Shown: positions 13,107-26,700 of the stretch, in pieces
How the letters are laid out: the number at the start of each line of letters is the position of its first letter
Position numbering within the stretch: the stretch's first letter is position 1
Source: Balanoglossus misakiensis
Lineage: Eukaryota > Animalia > Hemichordata
Assembly: GCA_040954595.2 (NCBI GenBank)
Contig: CM082585.2
Location: 9,038,464-9,102,463, forward strand
Direction of reading: 5' to 3'
Length of the DNA stretch: 64,000 bases
Program-made: the position numbers and the translations under genes
Notes under the pieces: model-generated
Database searches by the model: none
What the model was told of the DNA's origin: nothing
What the model saw: only the letters and a program-made list of their open reading frames with translations

Positions 13107-16100
13107 CATATCCATAGTAGAGTAAACTGACACAAAAGAGCGTTCTTTGTGCCGTCCACAGCTACTTACATGTAACCTCTACACAGTAAAAGTTTGTATG
13201 GCGCAAAAGACCCAGAATATATTGTATTTTATTATTAATCTCGTCCTGTCGTATTGATTTATGATACAGCGAGTGAGCATAAACGGGATTTAATTAAATA
13301 CCAATCCAGCAAAGGTTGCAATAGTGTAGAACGCTATTGTGACTAACAGAGAGGTCAATATTATAAAAGCGAAGGTTCTGTAGCCCCGCAAAAAATGCTA
13401 AAAAGCACACGACATAGACATTTCTCATGCATTTATACCAATGTACTCTGGTGGATAGCGATTTTTTTAGTCAAATATAGTGGAGAGACATTTCCATCAC
13501 AATTATTTCTTTGCTATTTTTCCAGAAACCATTGAATATCTGAAACTGCACACTCTTTAGAAGACTGTAGAAACGATTATTTTTGTAAAAGTGAAAGAAT
13601 TCGCTAATACATTTTTATCAGCAAGATAATATTGGAAAACGATATTTTAAACACTATTGTCAACGTAGGCAGCCATTACCCTTAAATGTCGATGTATCAG
13701 TTTTGCTGAAAAATTTCCTTTCCTACTGAGCTGAAATGGGCTCTGATTTATTTTTTGTCACTCGAGTGGCAGCCATATTTGGCGTAAAACATGGCCGCCA
13801 CACCAGCGCGCCGACTAAATACCCTTTCCCTCAAACAAGCCAAAGCCCTGACTAATGGAAAGATTAACGTTTCAGAAATGGATGGACAGATTTTCATAGT
13901 AATGAATGTAGTTACATGTTTTTGAAAGTACTACCCACTTGAAAGTTAACAAATGATAGCGCCAGGCTCAGAGGGACGACAAATGATGCACACCGGCCAC
14001 AGAGCACAAGTTTGTGTCTGGTCACACGCGATTTTGAGTTTCTATACATTTTCATTTATTTCAAATTCAATGGGCGCTTGAACATGTCGAACCAAAAAGT
14101 ATTATTCGAATTAAATGGAAATAAAAGATATATCCTTCATTACTTCCATTGCAAAAGAAAACAAATGCCCAGATGCCACCACTCTTTCATGATCATCAAA
14201 CAATACTGGTGTGCAAATTCTTCCGCTTTCACAATTTGTTGTCGTCGGCCAAATGTTCCCGCCAAATAACATAGAGCGCACGATCTCCGTAAACCGTATC
14301 CGACCATAAGTATATTTTGTAATAAACCAAACACCAATACACAGAACTGTTTGAATATGTACAAAGTGAAGTTGTTTTAAAGAAAAATTGAATATTTTTG
14401 AGAAAAAAATAAAAAGGGAAAATCGATTCGAGAGACTTCATCATTCATCGATGACTCAAATCAGTTCACACGCTTATGTTTCTCCCGAAATGTGACTGTC
14501 TGACCTAAAACGCGACCTTCACCCGAATTTAGCCGCTGAGGGTGTCTGTAAATGTTGTTTAACCGTTCCATCGCTATGTCGACTGGTCCAACTTCGCTGA
14601 TCCCCGCCTGACTGGGGCAGTCTTCAGCCGATGCGTCGGAATGTGCCCAGAACGTCAACTGTGATATGTGTCACGCGAAGTTGATGTCAATAAAAATGTA
14701 GCGAGACATTGAATGCGTGTAAAATAGTGACAGGGATGTTAAGTGTTAAGCTGGAAAGAAAAAAAATCACCAAATCCGGGTGAACAAAATCAAAGATTAA
14801 CACAGGTACCCTACACAATTGAGAACAGTCGCAAATTTGTCCCCATTGTCATCAAAATGAATGGAGTTTTCTTGACTGTTGGGCGCTCGTCAAATCAGCT
14901 GGTATTTAACCGTCGCAACAATGGTTCCTCAATTAAGCCACAAAGGGGGAAACTTAGACCTTTGGACTCAAAAATAAAGACCTGATTTTGAAAATGTCTT
15001 TAAACAAGACAAATGAAAACGGGAAAAAGTCTACGTTGGTGGTCGTTTCACACGAGAAGATCGAGGTTACTGCATCATTCGGCGATTGCCAATGTAACAA
15101 TGGCTGCAGTGATTATAGAATCCGATACGCGCAATATGGCTGCTTGTTTCCATATTATTTCAGGAGCGACATTTTGATAAATAGACAATTAATTGCCCCC
15201 ACATTCTTCTCACAGAAGTATATGTAGCTAATGCCAGTTCAAAATTAGTTTAGTACAACCACCTGTTTGATCTTCAACCACGCTAACGATCTCGCGTGTC
15301 CGTATAGCGAGTCTACCACTGCATGCATTACTGCGGCGTCCAGAGTTTAATATTTGATCACAAAGATATGGTATTGCTATTACAGGTCAATGACCTTTCT
15401 CTTAGCTTTTTTGGGGTGGCAGCCTTCACAATCACACCTTTTTGACGCTTGTTGTAACATGAAGATATGTGACAGTCAGTCAACTCCATTACACATAATT
15501 GAGCTTGGTCATGTGACGTTTGACAACAGTTCTTAGAAAAATCAAAGGGGCCAGGCCATCTCTAGTGCGCTTGTCCGGTACTCGACGCTCAGGTGATGTG
15601 TTTTTCACCGGCCGCTCGACGGTTCAAGGGTCATCCACGTGGGTCGGCAGACGCCGGTAATTCTGGCAACTTACACTCGTGATTGGTGTATGCTCGTCTT
15701 TTGGTTCATACACTGCTGGAAGTCAGGGGTGAAAGTCTAGGAGTAGTCAGCCTCAGTCTTTGTACACACGGGCATTTTGAACATGCGCGTTGGGTAACCT
15801 CACCGCCCTTTCAGTGTAGAACGATGTAGGGTAAAATATTACTTCGACTTTTCCATGTTCGTCCATTCTAAACTTCATCCAACACAAATATAACCATTTA
15901 ACCAAATAACATGGATTGCGGTTGGAATACCTGTCAACAAGGCAACGCAATGCAACACTGTTTCAGTTTTCTATCATGGCTATTGTTTCTTTACACTGTA
16001 GCAAATGAAATGCACATGACCCGCACGTGTATTAACGTATCTGGAGTAGAAATTTCAACACGAGTTCTCGGCTGATATGCCTGCAGGATGATCGACAGAG

Positions 16101-19014
16101 TTTAAGCTCCATTGGCTTTAACTTTTCGCCATGTTTTCAGTATTTGTGTTTTGTGTATCGAGTATACAGTTTCTTGTTAAAATTCCTTTAGTAACTTCAG
16201 TGGCGCCCGCTTCCTAGCTTGGTACGTTTTCTGGTGTTGGTTGTAGTGTTGTGCCACCCATTGCAAAGTAGGAAAGACGCGGGAAATGATGAACGATATG
16301 TTGCACTTCGTTAATAAGACGACAAGACATGAGACTGAAAAATGCAATTACTGATTTGCAAGCCATTATATCGAACAGTGTTATTACATCAACCGGCATG
16401 AAAATTTTCTGTCCCATTTTCCCCGGCAAATTATCTCAAACAAATTTGGCGGCAAATTGGTACGAATGTTTTTTGGATTTTTTTTCGGCTGCGTCTTTTT
16501 TTTATAGAGAAGCATAGATTCATATAGATGCCACTCACGGAAACGCAATTTGCTGGCGAACATACCGCGGCGAGATGTTGACACGCAGCGGTCGGCTGGA
16601 ACGGCACAAAAAACGGCGGGAATAAAAGCGCCATTTTTCGACGAATCGAAAGAGATCCATTACGGGATGTTTATTTCGCGGCTGGACTCCAAACCGACAG
16701 AATGCTCGGGCGCGATTGCATTTTGCGATCTTTTGTTGTAACATTGAATATTTTCCAGAGGAGGAAAGTCCTTATCGTGGCCGGTGACAATGAGCTAGTT
16801 GATAACATCACGCTGTTTTCGCAATAATTTTCTTCGCAGATCTGGCATTTCGATTGTTTCCTTTTCCCGCTTAAAATCAGAGAAAAAAATTTCCCACTCC
16901 AGTTTTCTTTTCAATTAAACGAAAATAGCTCAGCTCTTGAAATTGCCATCAATTTGTATCGAAATATTCGATTTTTCTCACTGGAGTGTTATTCGATTTT
17001 TAACTCGTGCCGTAAACTCATAGTTTGTGCGTTTTCAGGCCAGAATATTAAACAAAATCAGTGCAGTGTAGCGGGACCGTAACTTAATATTTTTTTCGGC
17101 GAATAAAAAAAAGCGAGTGTATAGTCCTCACACCTGCCAGGCTAAAGCGAGAGACAACTCACATCACCAATGATATTCATACTTAACGCCGCGGAAATAA
17201 AATACGCCGTAAAATGGTAGAAATCAGCGACACATGAAATCGACACACTAGCGATATCAAATTAATCGTTGTATATTTTTAAAATTCCCCTGGCGATTAT
17301 TTTCAATATGCTTCGTGATAGACCCCAAATGACAGCCTTAACAATACCAATCCCCAATGGTATTCGATGACCTTGCCGAGAACCTCTCGCCCAGTCATTT
17401 TATCAAAATTACCACCAAGTTCAACCTTACCTTTTGCCAACATATTTTTTCTCAATTTCTCCAAAATGTAGTTTATTTTTTACTTGCAACACAACTATAC
17501 GTCGCTGATAATATATGAGTCATAATAAATTAAGTTTTGCAAATCTATTCCAATAATCGGGCCAGCACACATAAACTTGCAATTTCCAACAGAGGCATGG
17601 GATTGGAGACCACTGCATATTCTACGCTGTTTCTTTTTGATTTATATTTCACTTCGGGTTTCTCGAAATAAATATCACATGTCTTCCAGCAAAGTGTGCA
17701 GCTCCCATGCCGTGATAAAAACTCCGTTGCCACGGTAATCTATCAGCTGAGCCCGAAACGTCCGATTTCTTTTTTCAATCACACCACGAGGGTCATTATC
17801 AATTTCGATTTATACAAACATTATTAAATTTCAAGTCCGTCCACTCGAAGGGATCCGGGATCCCCACTTTCCGCGGTTTTTGATCAAAATCCGTATTTAT
17901 TTGATCTCATCCGTAGATTTGAGATCCCATTTTATGGAAATAGGCTGACATCTCAAATTGGTATAAAACGGTCGTTCACGCAAACGTAAAAATCGTCGTT
18001 AATTCGTGCTCGACATATTTATAGGAAGCGTTTTTTTATTCTTGGGTTTTACGAGTGCCACAGGTTAGAATAGCGGCAGTTAACGAAAGTGTCGACTTTT
18101 TATGACAATGGCGTAAGAAATCTAGAACCGATTGCGTGCCAAGTTCATAAAATATGGGCTCTATTTTTGTGTGTGGACATACTTTGAGCCGATCTCAGCG
18201 CGCCGCCGTATTTGCGCAGACTCATCGACGGCGGCCATTTTCAAGGTACCCCCATATAATTACATTTAAAACTGACTGGTACATTTCTTGTGCATGAGTA
18301 ATATCAAGGGAGTTTACATTACTCCAATAAATGTGGGCGAGATCAATATACACGTGTTTAGTCATTTGAGGAACATTTACGGGCACCTGGGTAAAAGGGT
18401 AAAAATAAACTACAAAACAACAAAAAGACAGGAATTAAAGAGTTTACAAAACATTTATTCCCGGGCCATCAGAAAGCGGGTTATCAGGTAACTAAAAACC
18501 TCCAATTACCATGTCTGGCATAAAATGGCATCGCAAACAGGAGTAGCTGGAATCTACCTGCAAGTGGATATCCTAGTGCGTTGGTGACGTCAACTGTAAC
18601 CTTCAGTTCGATTGGTCGCCTCTCGCTCAGTTTCCGGGGCGCTGTCCAATCACAACTGCCGAGCGAAAGGTCTGATATTGTTGTTTATAAACACCGATTC
18701 CACAAACACCACGGAGACCATGATGAAGTAAAATGCACAGAGCTCGTTGCTTAGTTGACAATAAAGCATACAATATGCGGGTCCGTTTTTTTTTTCGGGT
18801 ACCAGCAGAGTAACAGACGTATTACTTAACTGGCTGGCATGCGCTGAAAATTATACCCGCATTTTGACAAATGTCAAATAGACAAAACGGATTTGAATGC
18901 CGTGATGGCTGATTTTTGACCTTGTACATCTGCAGGTCGATGGAATCGGCAGACGATAAGTTTGGTTAATCATGACGAGCGACGTGTACAGCACACATGT
19001 CGATTGGTCAACTG

Positions 19015-19206
19015 CCTGACCGATCAATCGATCTATAGATCGGTCGGTGGCTCGGTCGGTCGGTCAGTCGTTCGCTGCAAAACTTCAAGCAACGAATAAA
19101 TGATGAATCGACGAATTGTTAGGTGATTGATTAGCGTACTGAGTGGCTGGCGGATTGATTGATTGATTGATTACTAGATGATTGATTGCTCGATAGATCG
19201 ATCAAT
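19015..19206. repeat. Degenerate tetranucleotide low-complexity region (TCGA/TCGG/GATT)
   Basis: Runs of cgat, cggt and gatt; includes the palindrome cgatctatagatcg. Confidence 0.6.
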
Positions 19207-22200
19207 CACAGCGTAATTAAATAACCGACGAAACTAAACGTAGTAATTAACATAGTAGGCAGACATCCACAAGTTCAAGTATACATCCAGTCAAAGATGG
19301 CGATATTTATTCAGGGGTGGTAACATTCAAGTTCAGTAGGATGTGTCCACATTTTGCTGCTTGCAGCTGTCTATGTTTTTGAGTTAGACCCCCCCCCCCC
19401 CCCCCCCCTTAGTAAGAGAGCGCATCAAGTCGTTGGCAATTATCGGGTGCAACGCGAGAACCTGGAAGGATGACCAGCTCTGTCAGAGTTCAACAAGGTT
19501 CTGACTTGGTACCATACCCAGTTTGATCGCGCGTGCGCACGACAAAAAGTGTCAGAAATGACGGGGGCTGGCTGATGTTCTCCGAAAGAGCACCAAGTGT
19601 GCTGACGTCACCGTGGGTGTATGCCGGCCCAGGTATCTTTTTTCTCTCTCCTCCCGAAATGGACGAATTTTTCTCTCCCTTTCTTTCCTGAATGGTGAGC
19701 ATGTCGTCCCTTTGTTGCGACCAACTATAGCAGAAATTGGCCCCCGAAAGTAAACTGGACACGAGAGGGAAAAAAAAACTGGCAAATTAGGCTTGTTGTT
19801 AAAGACGAGAGGTTATTGCTAGCACGTGCTTATACCTCGCCGCGAACAGTGGGGGGACGGAGCCCTGAATGGGAGGAAGCGCGAAGCTCTTCCGAACGAG
19901 ATTCTATGGACATTTCCCCATTATTCCGTCAGTATATACGGGGATACTTTACTGGGTCGAAATTAAAAACTCGGGTCGTGAAACGAGAAGTCTTAGGGGG
20001 TCTTTGAGTATGCCTAACGACTCTACGGACGGCTTGCTGTGTTCCCACTTTCGAATCGTTAAGTAGAAAATCTTCTCGCTGCGACCGGCTATTACCGGCT
20101 CTCCCGCTCATTAAGTCCGATAAAATGTAGTTTTCACCATCTGAATGTGAGGCGCTCTGATTGCCGCTAATAAAAAGCGTGATATTTCTATCTTGGGGTT
20201 CTTTTTAGGCGAAAAAAAAGACACGATGATGAATCGATGGGAGACCCACCGGTGATCGCAGAAATGAGATCCGAATACTGAGCGAGTGTGTAATGAACGC
20301 TGAAGATGCATAACCCCTGGTTCATTTACCTGGCGCCATGCCGGGCGACGAGAAGTGAAGAAAATGAGTACCCCGCTGTACAGCCTCTGAATTCACCGAG
20401 CTCTCTGCTCTCTGCTGCTATTTCAAAAAAACATATGCAGTGAATTAGAATTTTCAGGAAGATGAACAAAAAACCATGGCAACCGAGAACACCGCGGGAT
20501 TTCTTACTTAGCATCATTTCTTTTCAGTGTTTTCCGAAGAGCTGCGCGCCACGGGACGCCCCAGCTCGTTTCTATTTAGGCTCCAAACTTTCTCCGCGCG
20601 CTGTTGCTATGCTGTCATCGCTCGGTCGCCGTGTCTTCGTCGTCATATTGCGATGAAAGGAAAACCATTTTTATTAAACTTCACGGAGCTTCCTGTTAGC
20701 GAGCGTGTCACCACCAAACACTGGAGTTCAGCCCCAAAAATGACTCACGATTTTCTTTCGAAACATTGAAAATGTGAGCGAGACTTTTTAATAACGTATT
20801 CAAGTTGAACGGCGCATATCACAATAAATCAGACCAGTTTCCTCGTGGCGTATAATCGTAAATTAAAGAAAATTACTCAATGTAGTCAGAAATTCTCGAT
20901 ACAACGACTTCCCGAATGTAAACTTCTGTCCATATTTCGCATTTGTGCCTTGTCTTTGTTTACTAGAAGCCAGATCTGACCTAAATTTCAAATTGAGCCA
21001 GTTCGGTCACGTGATGCAGAGCCTCCCCCACACATACACACGGTTCCAAAGTCCCGCGCGCGCTTTACGATAAACTATAGGACAAGTGTGGCGAATTTCA
21101 CGACTCTACGATTTCCAAAATGGCGATGTAAAAAAGCCTCACCGTAAACTAGGTACACTTTACATTTTGCGGGGGATAATTACTGCACAGCCCTGGGTTC
21201 GGTCATATGTGTACTGCGGGATGGGTATGGCCTCAAGGCGTCTTCTCAAAAGAAAATCCAACGCAATCAAGTGAACCATCATTATCCTTTTGACTTGAAG
21301 TTCTCAATGCATTTTCCCGCCATTGTCAAGTACCACTACATTTTGCCTTCTTAACTTTTTTCTCTCTCGAACGTTTACACAAATGTGATTAATACAGGTT
21401 AGAAGACTCGTCCATAACCTCAAAAAATCATCGCCCGACGAAATCTGGAAATTTATTGATGAGCATTTTCGCTAAAATGAGCAAGAAAAAAAATTACACG
21501 CCAGAGCGTACCCAGAAGGAATTCATTTATTCATATTCCAATACTTCTTGACAACGGGAGGCCTTAAATTATAGAGTCTATTCCATTTATTCTATGCAAT
21601 GCCATTAGAGACCCCCTGTCATCTTACAAATAACGGTAAACAGAAACTGGAAAATAATTTCCCGCCAAATTACCAAGCAGACGACATTTAACGTCTCGGT
21701 TTTTATCTTTAATTTCCAAATTAATGATTGCCAAATTTCGATGGGATGGTCCTGCCTTATTTTCGGATTACGCTTAGAATTTTCGGCTAAATTCGAATTT
21801 AACTCGAAAATGCCCCCCGAAAATTGCCATCTTAGGCTCAACAAAGGCGACATAAGCTCTTTAACTACAAGGCCATTCTTGTCACCAGGATACTATTGTT
21901 TTCGCGGTCCTAACATTATGAAAGATAATGAAGGGTTTAACCCCAGACAGATAAAATCGATATCTGTTTTATTAGACATCAATTATATCATTTAAACACT
22001 GCAAGATGTTTGGTCAGTTAATTTGTTGGCCTGTTTGCCTTATATGTGCTTCCATTAACTTTGCGCACGTACCGGGAGTCGACGCTCCATGATATTTGTC
22101 TTCGTGAGTTAATGCCAAATAACCTCGTTTTTATTTTCTTGTGCTGTGGAATTATCTGTGTATATTTGGTTTAAATATGTTTGATTTTCAATTATCCTAG

Positions 22201-23470
22201 CCACCAAAAAGTACGCCATCAACCAAATTTCAGGGAAAGTTCTCAGAACTGTTGGCTTGCATCAATCATCACGAAATCGAATGCGCGCTCACGTGGGTCG
22301 CAAATTCATCACTTATGATAGAAGTGGAGAGAGAAAAAAACAAAGAAACGTGGCTGATAATAGCGAAATAGATTATGGAAGTTTTTCGCTTCTGACGTAG
22401 AAATAATCCTTGAAAAACAATTCATCACCGCTTCACTGTTTCAGAATTTTCTCTGGAAAGTATAGCGATCTACACATGCGCAGAGTCACGTTTCCCCCGC
22501 CTATTGAAGATGATAACCGCCTGTTTGCTTTCGGGAAAGTTGCTCGTCGCCGATTCTCACAAACCACGGGTACGACAGGGCTCTGTGAACGTACGACCAA
22601 AACGTCGATTTCACTGTTGAATTTATTGTTCTTTTTTCAGGGAAAATATGCGAAAAGGTGTTTTAAAAACCTCAACCCAGGCGAAACGTGGCATAACTCT
22701 TTGCGATGAAACGGTATCACGCTGAGCCGGCAGTGTATACCTGTGGGTTGTGTTCAATTTGGCAGATAAAGACGGTGGTTCTCGACCGGCCCCGCCACAC
22801 TCAACGTCTCTCCCCGTTCGGTGTTGGTGGACGCACACGATGTTTCCGCCGAGAATGGACACTGGTTACAGTGTCAACCGTGAAAGGCGCACAATCGGCG
22901 TTTTCTATCGACCACTTGTCGGACAAGGTCGGCACGTCGCTCGCCCATTATCGCCAACAACAAAACCGGAGATAGGTCCGCGGCCGCTCTCCGCCCCCTG
23001 ACAAACGCCCCCGGCTCTGTGAGAACGCGCGTCTTGAAAGCGCCTCCCGAACTCTGTATCGTTGGCGTGTGGGTGACGCGCCTCAATGGTATAACGGCGC
23101 GCTCTCGGCGTGGAGGTGTGAGGCGAACACTGAACCAGTTTTATAACTAAACTATACCCGTCAAATGAAAAGGAAACCTTAAGGATTCCAAACCCTTACG
23201 GAAGTTAACAGATGTGTGTGACATATTTGGTATATTTACGAACTTTCAACTGGTGCCATCGATAAACTACACCACAACCAGATGTCGCTCCAAACTTTCT
23301 TTTCGTTCGCTTTCCGGCAAAAAATGTACTAAATAAACCCGAAATTATGTCATATAATTGCGTGACATCTCCGTCCACGCCACATAGGAATCGTGAACTT
23401 CCAGTGTATCTCGGTTAATCCCTGCATGATGATTGATAATGTGTTGTTATATAGTTTTATGAAATATTTA

Positions 23471-23782
23471 AGCAATAAAACACCCCCAGCCATGGTATAT
23501 CACGAGATTTTGACCAGTTCACGACATATACGCACGAGCGATAGCGAGTGCGTATATGGAGTTGAACTGGTCAAAATCGAGTGGTATACCATGGCTGGGG
23601 GTGTTTTATTGCTATTATATTATGCCAGTATATTGAAACTTTGCATAAAACATTTTAAAAAGGCATTTTCTTTAACTATGATATATGACTGTGGTATATG
23701 GCTAATATATCACGGTCACGTGTCGTGTCTCGACCAATCAAATAGCGTGATTTACACCATCAATATACTGGTATAATATAAT
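23471..23782. mobile_element. Non-autonomous fold-back (MITE-like) element with two adjacent inverted-repeat units
   Basis: 23471-23613 is a long imperfect palindrome (agcaataaaacacccccagccatggtata...tataccatggctgggggtgttttattgct, with inner arms gattttgaccagttc/gaactggtcaaaatc and catatacgcac/gtgcgtatatg). A second IR pair sits at 23614-23636 / 23760-23782 (22 of 23 match). No transposase is present and the superfamily cannot be determined. Confidence 0.65.
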
Positions 23783-26700
23783 GCTATATAGTTCGTGGTC
23801 ATTTCTTGCGCAAGCGTCGTGATAACTTGAAGAGTGAGCGTCTCTTGACGTTCACAGTTGAATGAGATAATCTTAGTTTTCACCTAAAATCCTCAAAGTA
23901 ATGTTAAAATGCAAACTGTAAATGCTAACTTTTTCGTATATTGTCAACTGCAGTTTAAGATAGTAGAAAGATTGATACTGAAATAGCGATGAAGTCACCC
24001 ATAATTGTTGATAGTGAAATAACGAACTCGTGATTTTTGCATTTGATTCAAAACGCCGAATGTTTAAACCAGTTGTCTGCGTCTGTTCTGCAGAACTTCT
24101 TTGTACACGTCGCTGAATGGAAAATATTGTATGAAAATATCTGAAAAACTGCAATAACACCCTGCACATCGATTACAATAGATCTTTTGCATCTTTGATA
24201 AAATTGTCACAATATGTGAAAAGCAAAAAGAGGCTCGATATAATGTTGGCTGTTTCCATAGCAACTCTCGATAAGAAACTTTCCATGGATCGGTGCTGCC
24301 TAGTGCGACTGTGCGACCGTGACCCATTTACTGTTTTCGAAGAATTAGCGCCGGAAATGTAATTTTTGCCGATATGAATACTGGAATGTGTAATGATAAC
24401 TGACAATTTGATATAAAAAACTAATTATCCACCCAATTCATTGTAAATACAATCCCGATCAACTAGATTTTTTTCTCTTCAAAATGCGAGTGAAGATGGC
24501 GGTATAAACGTCTTGGAAATACTTTTGAATTTATTTTTACCATCCCGGGATCCAAGAATAATGCATTTTCAAATCGTTGGTCTTTTAACTTCAGTTTTTC
24601 AATTGCGATTGGAAGTAAGAGGGTTATCTGATGGTGTGTTCTAATGGAACTGAAAGTAAAGTTATAGATAACGAAATCGAAAATTTAAATAGAATGAAAC
24701 AGGAGCAGTTAATTTAAAATACAGAGACATAATATTTAAGAATTTACCCGATTCTAACTATATTTGGCGTATAACTGCAAAAGTGGTAACTTTGTGTTAA
24801 TTTGGTCTAAAATGTGTTAATTAGACTTCCCGCGCTTTCAGTAGTAAACGACAATGATTTTCCTCAATGCGCCAATGCGCGAAAATTTGTGCGAGAGCTG
24901 GCATAGCCTGGATTCTGGTTCTATACGTCGGATTATCATCTTTCCACGGTAATTTGCACTGAGATTTTTCCACTCGAAAGGCCATTTTCCGATATTTTAA
25001 CGGTATTGTTTTCCTCCAATATATTCATTTATTCCTCAATTTATTCATTTGCGAGTAGTTTAACGAACGCCGTAGGAACAACAAGCGCTACTCAGTTATA
25101 AAAAAAACGGTTTTCAAAACCCAAATCCATCATGGATGGTTGCATGCTGGTGTGGTCTTTTAAAATAACGTCCATTTTTAATAAAGCGACGTGAAGCGTA
25201 TTACCTTAATGAAATATACATGCGATAAGTAATTCAAAAATGTGATGAAACATATCATTAGAGCATCACTCGATTGATCCCCCCCCCTATTTTTTTCACG
25301 GACGGCTCTATTTTGGATCGAATCCCCGCGTTCATATCTCGGCGCGTGCGTGACAATGGTCCTATCTGTTCAACCGGGAAAATATTGAGTCTGTCTCAGT
25401 GACTTTTTATATTTTTGCGAACTAAAAACAGCGAGTGAAAAACCGCGATCACAGAAAATCGAGCGATCGAAAATGGCGGCCGTGTGGTTCATTTAGTGAG
25501 CCATAATCGGTTTCAGTCAGCGGTAATAAATCAAAACGATCGCAAAGTACCAACGACGTGCAGTGTATACGAACGATTTTGATCAATCATAAAAAATCGT
25601 TGAAATGTCATATTCTGTTATCATCTATGAGCTCATCTACTCGGGGTATCAGGGTCCGTGATGCGTTGTTTTCTTGTTCCTTGTCGCCGGCCTGCATTTT
25701 CCGAGCCGGCAATTTTTTGTCATCATATCAGTAGTCTTTCATGCGACAATTTCGCTCTGCTCGGGACAAAGCTGTGTTGCTTTATCAGCTCATTCCAGCT
25801 CCACACACATGGTTGCAGATATAACATGCAAATTCCTTTTGATGACGTAGTTTACGATAGGCACCAGAAATGATTACGTCATTGCAGTGTTTTGCACGCC
25901 ATGCCCTACATCAAGGGTTTTGTGCACAGTCGGGCTAACAATGAATGTTACATGCTCATCTCTGTCAGCTCAAGAGCGTAGATAACTAGTGACAAATGAT
26001 ATCGACTTTGTCTTCGTTGTAAACTTGACAGTAATGTGTCTTCACGTAACTGTGTGTTTTGTGTAAACTTGAACAATTGGGTGTTAGGGACCTAGCGGTT
26101 AATATCCAGGTGGGCCATCGCGTCTGCAGTCAACAACAAACTCATGTAATTTCTGCCGCCAATCTCTCCCGTCGAATGCGACGGGGGCCAATGGCAGACA
26201 CTGTCGTTCCCTTTTGTCATTCAATTCCGACAAGGTCGTCCGCTGCGATGCCACAACAAAGCGACGACACTCCAAATGATTACACGAGATGACACCCCCA
26301 TGAAAACAGAATAAACTGAAGACGATAATAGGAGCGGAACTGTGCGTGTGTTTTTGGTAATGAAGTGTAATTTGAAGCCTGCGAATTCAGTCTCCATCCC
26401 CGTCAAAAACGACCTTCTCCAACGTTTTCCCTTCAGAAGTCTATCTCGCTTCCAAAAAAATGTAACCCGAGTTTGACTCGGTTACATACTGCGATTTTGA
26501 GAGCCACGGATACGTTCATTTTTGATGTCGAACATCCTGCGCGACTCCGACACTGGAATGATGAGATCTGCGCTGCTTCCAAAACAGGGCTTTACATCTC
26601 CGCCGCACGTGCGCCTTAACGTAATTGAGTTTCATTTGTAACTTCATTGAAAAAACGGTTTTCTACTGTAGACAATTTTTCCAGTGGACAAAACCTAATT

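Noticed and set aside
15066-15113. Small hairpin starting TACTGCATCA, resembling miR-217
   Set aside because: The middle of the mature sequence differs, and the ~50-nt hairpin is too short and weak for a pre-miRNA.
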